A stretch of DNA of 64,000 nucleotides from Camelus ferus (GCF_009834535.1 NC_045697.1:54810001-54874000); one strand, 5' to 3'. Counted from the stretch's first letter, positions 1 to 13,559 are shown. Numbers and translations: made by a program. Notes: generated by a model from the sequence alone, not told the origin.

Positions 1-1104
1 AAAAGTGAAAAGCTGGGTGAAATACTGGCTAAATCTGTGACTTAATCTCCTGCCTGGTGCCATTGCCTGATATGCCTGTTTGATTAGTTTTGATCATGGT
101 TTGGTCCTGTTTTTCTCGTGTATTTGAAACTGTAGATTTCTTGAATTTACAATGCCTTTCCACTCTATTTTTGATGTGCCTATTAAGTCCTGGTGATGGT
201 CAAGCTGGCTGATGTTTGGAACCAGGGTAAGATGTTACTATTTTTCTTCTTGTACATGCCCTCCCCACTGTAATTATCTCCTGAATGGTACTTCACAGGA
301 GGCAGCAGCTTCATGTTTCAGTCTTTCTTTCTGACATCCAAACCCCAAACCTCAGGGAGAGCTCTACATACCTCTGCCCTTTACTTGTTGAATCGATTGC
401 CAAATCTTGCTGCTTCACTTTATATTTGCAGCTTTTTTCCTCTTCCTCCACCGCTGCTGTAGTCTTTACCTGAATGATTCTCGTCATTGAAACACTTTGC
501 CTGTCAGCAGTCCATCTGTTCCATTTCTGCCTACTGCCTCTGTGCAAATGACCCTTTCTATGGTTCTGGCATTTCCATTCTTATTCTTAAATCTTACATG
601 GGTTTCCTATTCCCTAAAGAGTCAGGTTCACAGCCCTTACCCATGTCAGGTGCTTAAGCTCTGAATGATTTCGTTTTTCTCATCCCATCCCACATGTCTG
701 ACTTCTTTCCCTTTTCTTAGGTTTCCAGAATTCTCTTCTTCACTATTGTTTCAAATTTTCTTTTAAGCAGACCCATTGTTTTTAAGGGCCATTCAAAATA
801 CAAGAAAAACAAGACTATATTTTTTTTTGGTTATTTTGTGCTGAAGTATATTTCAATCACTCATGATATCTTTAACATATTAGATGTTTATTTAATAAAG
901 TTAATGTACAACACATATAGAATTATTTTACCTTGTAGTCCTCTGAAACTTACCTATTCCGAGCTAAAAAGGCACTGACAGAAAATCATCTAATGATGCC
1001 CTTCAGGCAGGAACAAAGGAGAGATGTACCAAAGTATGGGGCTCTGGAATGAGCCAATAGAGTGAATGAAAAAGTGTTCTCTATTACAAAGTGACTATTT
1101 TTAC

Positions 1105-1265
1105 TCTGACCTTTGATTTTGTCAGACGGCATTAATATATAGGCGGCAAGATGTCAAAGGCAAAGGGGGAACTGAGTTAGTAAGCACCAGTTGGCATGTG
1201 AGCAGAGAGCTGTTTGTGTCACAGATCTTGGCAAAGATCAAACCAGAGATCAAAGGCTTTGATAA
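1105..1265. promoter_or_regulatory. Candidate enhancer with clustered TCF/LEF motifs
   Basis: CCTTTGAT 1110-1117, AGATCAAAGG 1247-1256 abutting CTTTGAT 1257-1263, and variants at 1153-1160 and 1235-1243, in non-repetitive DNA. Confidence 0.4.
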
Positions 1266-3314
1266 AATATGACTGAGCTTAGCAGCTCATCACCTCTTTC
1301 CACAAGCGGTGGGGAATGGTTTGTGACTGTCGGCTGCCTGAGGTGTGCCTCTGACAGGGAGTCCACATGAGAGCCGCTGGCTGGGACTGAGGTCAGCCTG
1401 GATGGTAATGATGATGATCAGGGCTGATAGAAGAGTGGAGGTGCCAGGTTCTGGCAGGAGTTAACATAACAGATACCAAGGTACTAAAGCAGCCAGGCTT
1501 ACTGTGATCTCAGACAGATGTGACAGCAGCTGGAGAAAGCTGCAGGAGCAAAACAAGCAGCAGTGGCTTCAAAGAGAGCTGAAAGATTCCAGCTTTAGGT
1601 CAGTGATATTTGGGAAACTCTCAGAACGGAGAGCTTTGGGCAACTATTTTTCTGTCTCTTCCATTCTTTCCAAAGGGCTTAAAGTTTGCCAACTCCATCT
1701 ATTCTTTATGTTGATACACACCACCTAAATCCACATCTAAAAGGTGTATATTGACGTGGCCTGGCATAGGTAATAAATATTTGGCATTCTCCATAAATAT
1801 TTGTGGAAGGAAGAAAAGAAGGAAAAATGAGAGGGAAAATTGGTTAGAGGGTAAAACTTACATGTAAATTTCCAACTAAGTGGTACCACAAGAGCAAGAC
1901 TGGTATTGTGAGTAGGTACCATGCAATAAGGCAACATTTCAGGAAGTTGGTCTGTTTCCTGATTCTCTCCCCAGTACCTGTCTGTGAAATTTATACTGTC
2001 ACATATTCATTCCCAAGTACCATGAACCTTTTCAGGCTTCAAGAGCTTCTTGTAAATAACTCTTGTGAAGCTACACATCTTAAAAATCTGTTTGATTTAT
2101 ACTATAATTGACTAGTTAAGCACAGGGCCATTTTGGAAAGGGGCACAGACCAGACAGGTGGTCTACACTCCAGATTTCAGGAGGAAAATGGATTCCAATG
2201 TACTCTAAAGAGTTGGGAGTTGCTCCTTTCTTCCGTTTTACAATTCAGATAGAGCTAGCACTGACAAAAAGAATCCAGTCTTACCTAGTGTCATTATATA
2301 AAGTGACAGGTAACTTCATTTCAAATTGTACATCTGATACATTCCATGGAAAAATTTTTATCCTAACGAAAAGTGTACCATATTCAAGCAAAGGTACATA
2401 TATATATGTAATGGTATACACACAAATGTGTGTGTGTGTGCATGTGTATTTGTAGTTGAGAAAACAGTTAAGTTCAGAGGAATTTCTTTCAGCTTCTTAG
2501 TGCTGACCAATAATTCACAGAGTTCAGATACAGAGTTTCAGACATTACTATATTATTTACTCAGGAAATAAACCAGGCAAATCAGCACCTCCAATGACAT
2601 GCTGAACTCTACAGCCAGTCTCATTTGTCGGTCTTAAATTCTCACCTTTTCATAGTCGTAGAAAAAAAAATTTAGATTTACAAAATGAATGAGAGAATCA
2701 TACTCCATTTCTAGATGCTAATGTGCCCTGAAGCAGCATCACGCAATCTGGTTGGATTTCACTGTCACTATTATTTTCTAAAGAAAGTTTGAGAGCTTGG
2801 TAAAATGCAGAAATTAATGTGCAGTGAGTTTAAATTCAAGTTTCCAATAATTAGCCTCCTGTGGAGCAATTCTTCACCTTCAAAAACTATCCCCCTATTC
2901 TCCCTGTTATTCTGATGAGGGCCAACTGGCCAAGAGCTTGAATTGCTTGGAAAAATTCCTTCAGGAATGAGATGAGAAAACTGTGAGAAATGCATCACTT
3001 TTACTCATTGTTTTGGTACATGTTTGTGACACAGTGCTTTGGGAAATATTTAAACTTATGCCTAATTTGAATTTTGGTTGCTGTGACCCTGTCAGTTGTT
3101 TCTCACTGTTTTGCCATTATCATACTCTTGGCTGGTCCAATTTGGATTCTGTTTTGGAAACTACTGAGACTGAATTGTGCCCAGCTTCTGCCTGAGTTTT
3201 CCCAATGTTTGTAATTGGCTGAGTGATTTAGGCCATATTCAAAAAAGTTTCTGAGCATATTTGTTCAATACTTCTATAATTCAAGGGAGGTAAGTATCCC
3301 AATCAATCAATCAT

Positions 3315-3490
3315 TCAGTGTGGGCTTGGGTGAGAGTCAGATCTAAGGATAAATCCCAGCTCTACCATTTATAAACTGTGGATACCGGACAAGTCATTTA
3401 ATCTTGCTATACCTTAACTTCATCATCTATAAAATGGATAGTACCTCATGCACCTGGTGAGCTTGAAATGAAATAGTGTATATAATATTC
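3315..3490 (+). mobile_element. MIR SINE fragment
   Basis: aaatcccagctctaccatttataaactgtg...acaagtcatttaatctt...ttcatcatctataaaatgg matches the MIR core. Confidence 0.75.
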
Positions 3491-3537
3491 TTAGCTATTA
3501 TTTAATGCTTTACAAAATACTAGGTGATGTGCTAAAA

Positions 3538-3985
3538 GAACTCTATCCAAGAGGAGTATAATGCAAGCCACATATCTAATTTAAAATTTTCTAGTAGCTA
3601 ATTTACAGAATATGAGATGAAATTAATTTCAATAATATACTTTATGTACTCCACTATGTCCAAATATCATTTCAACATATAATCAATATGGAAATTATCA
3701 AAGAGCTATTTTACATTTTTTACCTCATTACTGTCTTTAATTCAGTGTGTGTTGTTTACTTACAGCACACTTTGACTTGAATGCTACATTTTCAATGGAT
3801 AATGTAAAATGTAGTCCTGGCAAACCAATAAAGTCTTGTGTAAGGATTTACCCTGCTTCACTTTATAATTTTAAATGAATTGAAATTAAATAAAATTAAA
3901 AGTTCAGTTTTTTAGTAACACTAACCACATTTCAACTGCTAAATGGCCACATGTGGCTAGTGGGTATTGGTATCAGACATCACAG
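3538..3985. mobile_element. MER33/Charlie1-family hAT DNA transposon
   Basis: tataatgcaagccacat...aaattttctagtagc at the left end and ccacatttcaactgctaaatggccacatgtggctagtgg at the right end, typical of MER33/Charlie1. Confidence 0.8.
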
Positions 3986-5094
3986 GGCTAAAAAGATGGG
4001 AAACAAGGAAGTAAGTGTCCAGAGCACATGGGCTTTAGCCTTTACCTACTTAGTCTCATTAAAAACCTTAGCTACACACTTGTCTCTGGTCTAAAAAGAG
4101 AACAATAAGTGATTGCTTCTTGACAACCATCTGGGTCAATCAAATATTGGAAGAGGTGGAAAGAAAAGTTGAATTTTATGGCAATATTTGTTGCTCAGGC
4201 CATACTTCCTGCTTGAGAACACCTCCCTGGAGGGGAAGGAGGGGCATTAGTGATTGGAGCAAGCTCAGTGATCACGTGTAACCCTTTAGTCCTTACTGTG
4301 TGAGGAGGGCTATGACACAGGCGGGGTCATGATGAGTCAGATGAGTCCTAGAATAAACCCAAGTGAGAATGTTACTGTGACTGATTTTTTGCACTTGGGA
4401 GGCCAAGCTCAGTTGCAGTGGGTGGTGACTGTGAAGCCGGGAGTCCTTACAATGCAGGGCAGAATTGCAACACTGTTGTGATTACAGCAGCAGCAGCAGT
4501 GAAGTAGGTTCAGCCACTTGAGAAAGCTTTCTACCACCCAGTGATAAAGGAAATGCAAATACATCAAAGGCATATTCTCTGTGTCTTCCATTTATGGGTA
4601 GTCTAATTGGGGAGGTAGGACACAAACAGGGAAAGATTTTAATTACAAATGAAATAAAAGTGCACAACAGCATTAGAAAAATGATTTAAAAACTAGAATA
4701 CTATTAATTACTAAATTAACGATATCAATAGTAAAGGATGTTGGAATTCACATGAAAGGAGATCATTATGGACCAGGTCCATCTGAGAAGGCAGACAAAC
4801 CTGAGTTGAGTCTTGAAGAATTTTTTTTCTGGAGTTACAGACTGAGTAAAAGCAGTAGGTCAGAAAAACAGTATTTGTTTGCTAGCTTGGAGAATTCAGA
4901 ACTGAATTGTGGGAACCAAAAATGTGACTAGGTCTGTTGAAGATGCTTTTTTTCTCTAGACAATGGAGAGTCCTTGAATGTTTGGAGTATGTGTGGCAGT
5001 ATCAAAAAAATGGAATTTTTATAGGAATATAACTGTTAGAATGATATACTGGTACAGGATTTCATAGTTTCCTGAGATACTTGAATTTATTATT

Positions 5095-5270
5095 TAACAA
5101 AATCCTCATTAATAACTATACGAGAAGACAAGCAGGTGTAATTATCTTCAATTTTCAGAAAAAGGTACTGAGAATCAAGCAGTTAAGCTAGTTGCTCAAG
5201 GTCACATGACTAGTGAGTGGTCACTAGGACTAGAATTCCTAGAATATTCAGTCCAGGGCTGTCTCCATCC
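5095..5270 (-). mobile_element. MIR SINE fragment
   Basis: gttaagctagttgctcaaggtcacatgactagtgagtgg is the reverse MIR core. Confidence 0.7.
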
Positions 5271-6890
5271 TAGGTCAGTATATCTTTTAGAGCTAAAGCT
5301 TCTTTAAAATGATGAACTCTTCTAGTGATTCATGCATTTTTTGATCTACTGAGTTGACTATTGAAAGGGGTTATTTGGACTATCCCTGGGCAATGTTATC
5401 AATATGTGAAGTTGGCCATTGATGTTTTCAGTTCTTTCAGTTTTTCAACTCTCTGTATCCCCTCACTAAGCCCAGATTCCTGGTGTCTCATAATGTAGCC
5501 AGAGTGGTTAGGGCCTCTTGCTTCTCAGGCAAAAACTCTACTTCTTGACCATCTTGTGGACTTAAAATGTATCTGCCTCTTGTTTCTTTTTTTTTCCCCT
5601 GAAAATGTCCACTAGTTTGTTGCAGATGGTGGTAAATAGTTAATTTATATTAATTTCTACTAGTATTTTGATTAGCTAATTTGTTGCTTTCCTTTATCAT
5701 AATGCTTAGACTCTTTTGATGCTAATGATAGGACTTTATCATTTCAGGAAGTCTTGAGGTATGAGTCAGTAGAAATATTTTTATCCTTCTGTTCCTGCTC
5801 AGGGTGATCTCCTTTCTTTCCTGTGTGTACCCCAATTTATACTACTTACTGAATTCTGGCCAAGTGCTAGTCTGTATTCAAGCTCCATTCAAGGAGTGTT
5901 TCACACATCAATTTCCCACCCTCTGACTACCCTGCACCTTAGCTATGACTGGCTGGTATTTATATGGGTTCAAAGACCAGGTCCCATGTCAGGTTGCTAA
6001 ATGGAGTTTCCAAGTGACAGCTGCTCTAGGATCTTCTCAGCCTGATTGTTTTAATTCAGAGGGCAACAATCTAGCTGTCAATTCCTACTACCAATTTCCA
6101 GGGCCATATTCAATGCTGCCATATCCTCATGTGGCCTGATCTACTACTCTTGAAGTTTTTTCTTTCTCATGGGTAATATCCTTTGATGATAGATATAAAG
6201 AGTCTTCCAGCTCCCCAGATTGCTGCTCCAGTTGTTCATCATGCTCCTGTCCTGCTGCAGTTGCTGGACTGATATTGTCCATTTTTTATCTAAGTGCATT
6301 GATGTCAATGCTTCTCTTTTGAAAATATTTTGTTTTCTTTTATTGTACAATTTTTAAAGGTTAGATATCAATGCTTCTTGACTACTAATGTTGGCTACCT
6401 TCTGAGGTCTCATCAGTGATTTTGCTTTTACTCCAAGTTTACCATTGAAGCTCCCAGCCTGTCCTCTTTTCCTTTTGCCCCATTCCGTTGGTGTGGATAC
6501 AAGTAAATGTGCAAGGTTCTGGCTTTAGGGTTATAATTCTACCAAGCCAACCAAGAATAGATTGACACCTAGAAGAACAAACTCTGACTCAGAAGTAGCT
6601 GAATCTTATTCTCAACATGTTTTCCTTGCCTCACAAGGCATAATTTATTTATTTAAAAAATTAAGCCACCTTGAAAGACAATAGATGAATTCTTTTAATA
6701 CTATGGATTTTTTTGTTTTTCTTAAAAAGTTTGTATCTTTGGTTCAATTGGGCTCACATTTCCAAATGGTAACTTTTGACCGGAGTGGAGTATTAATTGT
6801 CCCCTTTCTCTGATTTATCAAAGCTTCCATTACTCATACAGTATCTGCATTGCCAGTTATGTGCAGTCTACTTCAGCCATTATTATTTCT

Positions 6891-8198
6891 TTTTTTTATT
6901 TGAGGTACAGTCTGTTTACAATGTTGTGTTAGTTTCTAGAGTACAGCATAGAGATTCAGGTATACATATATATATATATTCCTTTTCATATTCTTTTTAT
7001 TATAGGTTATCACCAGGTATTGAATATAGTTCCCTGTGCTATATAGTAGGACTTTTCTGTTTATCTATTTTATATATAGTAGTTAGTATCTGCAAATCTC
7101 GAACTTCCAATGTATCTCTCCACCCGTACCTCTTTCCACCCTGGTAACCATAAGTTTGTTTTCTATGTCAGTGAGTCTGTTTCTGTTTTGTAAATAAGCA
7201 CATTTGTCTCTCTTTCTCTTTGTTTTTTTTTTTTTTCAGATTCCACATTAAGTGATATCATATGGTATTTTTCTTTCTCTTTCTGGCTTACTTCATTTAG
7301 TATGATAATCTCCATGTCTATCTATGTTGCTGCAAACGGCATTATTTTATTCTTTTTTATGGCTGAGTAGTATACCATGGTATATGTACTATATCTTCTT
7401 TATCCAGTCACCTGTTGATGGACATTTAGGTTGTTTCCATGACTTGGCTATTGTAAATAGTGTTGCTATGAACATTGGGGTGCATGTATCTTTTCAAATT
7501 AGAGCTTCCTCCAGATACATGCCCAGGGGTGAGATTGCTGGATCATATGGTAAGTCTACTTTAAGTTTTTTTAAGAAAACTCCATACTGTTTTCCATAAT
7601 GGTTGCACCAAACTACATTCCCACCAACAGTGTAGGAGGGTTCCCTTTTCTCCACACCCTCTCCATTTATTGTTTATGGACTTTTTAATGATGGCCATTT
7701 TGACTGGTGTGACTCATTGTGGTTGTGATTAGCATTCCTCTAATAATTAGTGATACTGAGCATTTTTTCATGTGCTTATTGGCTATCTGTGTGTCTTCAG
7801 TGGAGAAATGTTTGTTTAGGTCTTCTGTCCACTTTTGGATTGGGTTGTTTTTTTTTTGTTGTTGTTGTTATTGAGTTGTATGAGCTGTTTATATATTCTG
7901 GAAATTAAGCAATTGTCTGTCACATCATTTGCAAATATTTTCTCCCATCCTGTAGATTGTCTTTTCATTTTGTTTATAGTTTTCTTTGTGGTGCAAAAGC
8001 TTTTAAGTTTAACTAGGTCCCATTTGTTTATTTTTACTTTTATTTCTATTGCCTAGGTAGACTGCCCTAGGAGAACATTGCTAAGATATGTGTCAGAAAA
8101 TGTTTTGCCTGTGTTTTCTTCTAGTAGGTTTACAGTGTCTTGTCTTATGTTTAAGTCTTTGAGCCATTTTGAGTTTGTTTTTGTGTATGTTATGTACT
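6891..8198 (-). mobile_element. 5'-truncated L1 (3'UTR plus end of ORF2), relatively young
   Basis: T-rich tail at the left; L1 3'UTR/ORF2 text (gattccacat, ccaccaacagtgtaggagggttccc); perfect 13-bp TSD cattattatttct at 6878-6890 and 8199-8211. Confidence 0.95.
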
Positions 8199-8966
8199 CA
8201 TTATTATTTCTGTGACTTCTGTAGGCACTTGGGATTGTAACCTTTTTTCTCCCTAAAACTTTATTTATGTAATAAAAAGAATATTTGGAGTTAAGATAGA
8301 CAGGTATCCAAATCTTGGTTCTGTTCTTTATTAGCAGGGAATCTTGGAAATTATTTTACTTTTTGTAATTCAGTTAGGGTCCCTAATACAATGCCTGGAT
8401 GTAGAAAGTATTGATTACTAGATTAGTGGTTTTCCTGCCTCTACTACTACAACTACTGTTACTGTTACCATGACCATGACTCCTATTATTCTCTAAGTTC
8501 TCCAGATCCTCAGCAGAGGAGTGCTACCCTAATAATCCTCAATGTTCTCTCTTCCTGGGAGTCGGGGCTGTCTGTGAGAGGGGACCAGGGTTTTGACTCT
8601 TGCTGAGCTCAGCAGAGCTATCAGCCTGGCCATCCTTGAACTTGTAGTTAATGCCCTGTGCTGACTTTTAGATGCCTGTCTTCAAAGATAAAAGGTGGCA
8701 CCTGTCATGTTCCTTCCAAATTTTCTCACTTGGTCATAGAGAATCTTGTGCATATTAGACTTCTCAGCTCTGAATAGCTATCAGGACCTCTCTGAATCTT
8801 TGAGGTTAGCACATATTCTGGCTGAGGAAATCCTCTGCTCATACCCACCCCAGAGCAAATTGTAGCTGTAGAGTGAACTAAGTTGTCTCTATGTTTTCAA
8901 AGGGAATCCTTGAAATGATTATTTATAAATATAGTTTCTCAGTTTTACAAAGATTATCTTTGGTCT

Positions 8967-9374
8967 TGTAGCGGACCCCCCTGACCCCTCTTCAGGACTG
9001 AAGGACATTTCCTCCAGTTGCTGGGAGTGCTGCTGTCTGATAGATCTCTGCTGGGAATGGTCCTCAGCTAAAGAGAGCTACCTTGTTCAAAGTATGCCCC
9101 CTTCACAGGGGCAACTGATACCCAAGTCAGATTCTGTTGGGGAAGCAAAGGCCTCTCTCCCTCTCCCCAGCTGGGGGCAACTTCTAAGGGCCATCTTAGC
9201 TTCAGAGCTCCTGTGGTTTCAGCTGAGCCCTTGTTGAGAATGTCCTGCAGCCCAGACCCTCCCTCTTCCTTTCCTTCCCCTCCAGATGGTAATATCTAGA
9301 GCACTCCCTAGCAAACTCCCTGTGGGCTAATCCCTGTTTCAGAGTCTACTACCCAGGAAATCTAAGTAACAGCA
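8967..9374 (+). mobile_element. LTR16A-like solo LTR (ERVL)
   Basis: tgtagcggac...ctcttcaggactga...ctgggagtg...agggccatcttagcttcagagctcc...agagcactcccta...tcagagtcta follows the LTR16A consensus order. Confidence 0.85.
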
Positions 9375-10329
9375 ACTGTTAATGCTTGAGTCCTAATTGA
9401 ATGTGTGAATTAAACTAGGTTGTGTACATTCTGAGTATGCATATAATCTGGAGAGTTGAACAAGTATTCCCTGGTTGAAATAATTCCATAGTGATTGTAG
9501 AAAGAGGACAGAACACTAATATATGATAAATATTATATAAAATATATGATAAAATATAACTCAATAAACTAGAGCTATAGATGACAGTTTCTAAATAAAT
9601 GAGATTATATTTTTTATAGAACATCTACGTCTATGAAATACTCTGTTAAATTGATTTTGTTTTGTGTTGATAAAATTCTATTATTATAACAGTGAAAAAA
9701 AATAGTAACTTTTAAAACATAAGTTGAACTCTTTGGGTTTATATCTGAATCTTTCATTAAAATTTTCAGGGAAATCTGCCCTGGGTATTTTGTTCCCTAA
9801 CATTTATGTTGAATGTGTTTTCCAGAAAATACAGTGAAAAGAAGACAGAAGAGAACTTGCTCACTCTCCCCCTCCTTGCTGTATTAGGACACAGTGAGAA
9901 GTTGTTTTTCACCTTATTGAGATCTTTCATTGCCAATTTATTGTCTGTGAATGAATTGCTTTTTGCTTGAATAATCAGAACTTTCTTCATTCAAAATAGA
10001 AACTAAATATGGTTTAATAGGGTTTTAGTTTTAGTTTCTTAATAGAAAAGGGTATTAGATATAATAATGTCTTTCTTAATAGGAGGTAATGAGCAACTTT
10101 GTGGACTTTGTTAGCAAAATTTCATTAATGTAGTATTATTAGTTTTGTGAGAAGGGAATACTCCACTTATTTGAATAACACCAGGGTTATATTTCCTGGA
10201 AATGTGGGCTTTATTATAAATGACATTATTTGAAATAATTATCCATACCAACAATGTTGCCAGTGGGAATTAAGTTCCAAGAGAAACTCACTTTTATTAT
10301 ATCATAAAATTTTATGTTCTAACTGTGAT

Positions 10330-12008
10330 AATGACCTCCTACTCACTCTCTCTTCAAACTTCCAATGCCATCTCCTCTTCCTTACTCAGAAAGCAACTAA
10401 TCCATATCTCATCCAACAAATTTCCAAAACATACCTGGATATGAACCCATACCTTGACTTTCCTCTTGTTGGGTTAAGGGACTTCTCTCTGTTACTGCAT
10501 GTGGGCAACCTCACTGCCTTGGCACAGCATTTCACTAACTCTTGCATACTTAAGGTTTTTGGTAGTTATTGTCTCTTTCTCTCCTGCTCAATCAGTTTCT
10601 CTTCTGAATAAGTCTCATCTGCACATAAACTTGCTATTATCTTGCATTAAGGAAATCCTCCCTTGATCCATTGTCCTTCTTCAGCTGCTGCCATGCTTCT
10701 CTGTTCTCTTTTAAAGCAAAACTCTTTGAAAGAATTGTCTCTACTTGCATTCTTCACTTTTTCATTTCCAATTCTCTCTTTAACCTATTCCAATTAGTCT
10801 TTTGTCTCTACTAAAACTCCACTAAAAATGGATGTTAACAGTCGACTTCCATCTTGTCAAGTCAGATGATCCATTTTCTGTCCTCTTCCTACTTAAAGTC
10901 TCAGCAGAATGTGACATGTTCAAATACATTTCTTCTAATGAATTTGTAGAGCCACACTCTCCTGGAATTTCTTTCTACTGCTCTGCCAGCGTTTCCTAAA
11001 TCTCCTTGGTGACTATTCCTCCTGCTGCCTGTCTCTAAATGTGCAATGCCAGAGTTCAGCTATTGGTCTCTTCTTTCTCCAGTGTCTCTTGAGTGATCTC
11101 ATTCAGTTCCATAGCTTTTTTTTTAATTTAGTCAGTTACAATGTATCAATTTCTGGTGTACAGCATAATGCCCCAGTCATACATATACATACATATATTC
11201 ACTTTCATATTCTTTTTCATTAAAAGTTATTATAAGATATTGAATATAGTCCCCATAGCTTTTTAAATACTTCTCTGCTGATGACTTACAAATTATATGC
11301 TCATTCCTAACGTTTTCTTTGGTCTTTCCAACATCCAGCCTTAATGTGGATGTCTAGTAGGCATCTCAGACTTTACATGTGAAATTGAACTCTTAATTTT
11401 CACTCCATTACTTCTTTTCTTGTCTAATCAGTCTCAATAAATTATGTATGTACTTGATGAGGCCAAAACTTCAGAGTAAGTCTTCATTCCTCAGTCTCCA
11501 TCTCTTTCTCTTTTACTTCAGACATCTATTCTATCAACTAGTCCTGTTGGCTTTACCTTTAAGAATCCCACCACCTCTGATCATTTCCACCACTACTAAA
11601 CTAACACTAATATTTTCCACTTAGACTTTCCAAGAGCCTCCAATCTAGGATGCTTTCACTTTTGTCCCTTCACTCAATTCTCCCTGGAGCAGCAGGAATG
11701 ATTTTCTTCTAGACATAAATTAGATCAAATAATTTTCTTCCTCAAAACCCATCTATTTATTTGCATTGTGTTCAGAATAATATCTGAATTCCTCATTGCT
11801 CTTGCAATATCATGTGATCTGGCTCCTGTCTGTCTCTCTAACTTCATTTCTATCACTTTCTCACTTGCTCATTTTGTTTTAGCTCTACTGCCCTTGTTTC
11901 TCAAACACTCGAAGCTGGTTCTTGCTTCAGAGCATTTGCATTTACTGTGCTCTCCACCTGGAATATTTCCTCCATCTGGTCTTCACTCATTGACACCATT
12001 CAGGTCTC
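10330..12008 (+). mobile_element. L2 LINE fragment, interrupted by a short L1
   Basis: Pyrimidine-rich L2 text: ggatgtctagtaggcatctcagacttt...gaactctt; tcaaacac...gcttcagagcatttgcatttactgtgctctccacctggaat. Confidence 0.85.
11121..11252 (-). mobile_element. Very short young L1 3' end inserted in the L2
   Basis: ttagtcagttacaatgtatcaatttctggtgtacagc...; perfect 12-bp TSD ccatagcttttt at 11109-11120 and 11253-11264; reconstructed empty site is TT/AAAA on the minus strand. Confidence 0.92.
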
Positions 12009-12375
12009 TGCTGCGTACTGAATTCTGTTCCTACCACCCACCCCACAAAGTTCATATGTTGAAGCTCTAACCCCTCAGTGTGAGGGTATTTGGAGATGGG
12101 GCCCTTAGCACTTCATTAGTTTTAGATAAAATTATGAAGATATGGTTCTTATGATGGGATTAGTGCCCTTATAAGAAGAGAAACTGGAAGCTTCCTCACT
12201 GTCTCTCCCCACCACATTAGGACACAGTGAGAAGGTGAAAATCTACAAGCCAGGGAATGAACTTTCATCAGAAACTGACCACGTTGGCACTCTAATCTTG
12301 GATGTCCAGCCTCCAAACTATGAGAAAACAGTTCTCATTTTCTTAAACACCTCATCTATGGTATTTTGTTAGGGT
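12009..12375 (+). mobile_element. MLT1A/MLT1A0-like MaLR solo LTR
   Basis: ttcatatgttgaagctctaacccc...gtatttggagatggggcc...gatgggattagtgcccttataagaagag...atcttggatgtccagcctcca...tatggtattttgtta. Confidence 0.88.
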
Positions 12376-12544
12376 ACTCTCCAGGTAATGTTAAAAAAAA
12401 TATTAGGACAAAAATCCATAACAATGTCACATTAAAAAAATTTATAATGGTTTAGTTCTGATATTTCTGTTGGGTCCCTCGTCAACCCTCAACAGTCTGT
12501 TAAAACTGAAGCCTCATACTTTTTATACCTGAGAGGTTCACTTG

Positions 12545-12675
12545 TGTTATTATAACATACACAGAAATGTTAACAATTGAACAAATTCTGTGTTCAATCA
12601 CTCATTATACACACATCAAGTTTTTGCAAACATAAGTGTTCAATTGTTAATATTCCTATTTAAATTATAATGACA
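12545..12675. repeat. Imperfect inverted repeat, 39-bp arms
   Basis: Arm 12545-12583 versus the reverse complement of 12637-12675 matches at 32/39; the inner 14 bp (ttaacaattgaaca) are perfect. Confidence 0.85.
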
Positions 12676-13559
12676 ATATAATTCTGTTTAGTAGTTCTAT
12701 AACTATGTAACAGCAGACCATCATATTTCTAATTAAAAATACTTTATCATTTTAAGCTCAATGTGATTGTGAAATTTGTGTATTTTTCAAATACTTCATT
12801 AGTAAAATGCAAAATGTTTGGAAGTTCGCATTTGGAATTGCTTGCATGTGGCATATTGATGAAATGAGCACGCACACCAAAGCTCGAACATTCTGTGTTG
12901 AGTTTAGGTATAGACCTCTCATTGTCTGCCATTGAAACACTTTTGCCTTTGGTTTTTCAAAGACCATTTCTGAAAGAGTTGTCCATTGAGAATGATTTAA
13001 AACGAAACAGAGCACAAACATTCCTTATTCACTTTCTTAGGTCTTCTTTCTCCTTCCTACATCTGTAGTTCTTTTCTATGCATTCACTCTGATGACTTTT
13101 TCAAGAATAGTTCTCTAATTTGTCAGCTTCCTCTGGATGTCAGATGTAGGAAGCAGTTTCATTTTCTGGACACTTACTTGGGACCAGAGGAGGCATGAGG
13201 AGCTTCAGTGGTATTCTAATGGCCATGGAGGCAGATAAACAACATCATTTATCTGGGGATAAATGTCATTATCTTTGTTCTCCTAAGACCACAGTCATTT
13301 GAGCAAAATCTCTATTTTAAAAGAAATAGAGGAGACAGGAAGTAAGGTATTAATTGAACTCCATATTTGGGGGACTTAGTTTTGTCTTTATGAGATTACG
13401 TATTACTTGTCTCCCACTTTTAATTATTAGGGGTTCAGAAATGACACTCAGAAAGCATCCCATATAGGCATTTAAAAAAACTAGTTGCCTATTTGGGGAA
13501 ACATTTGAATAATTGAAATTCTGCAATTATACACTCATTAGAGAGGTTCTGCACTCATT

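Noticed and set aside
1465..1600. Possible coding exon (WRKLQEQNKQQWLQRELKDSSFR) ending at ag/gtcagt
   Set aside because: There is an in-frame stop at 1462, no convincing polypyrimidine acceptor, and no recognisable homology.
12747..13021. Minus ORFs as a hAT transposase C-terminus (ADNERSIPKL resembles the ERSFS motif)
   Set aside because: The similarity covers only a few residues and the surrounding sequence does not fit the domain.
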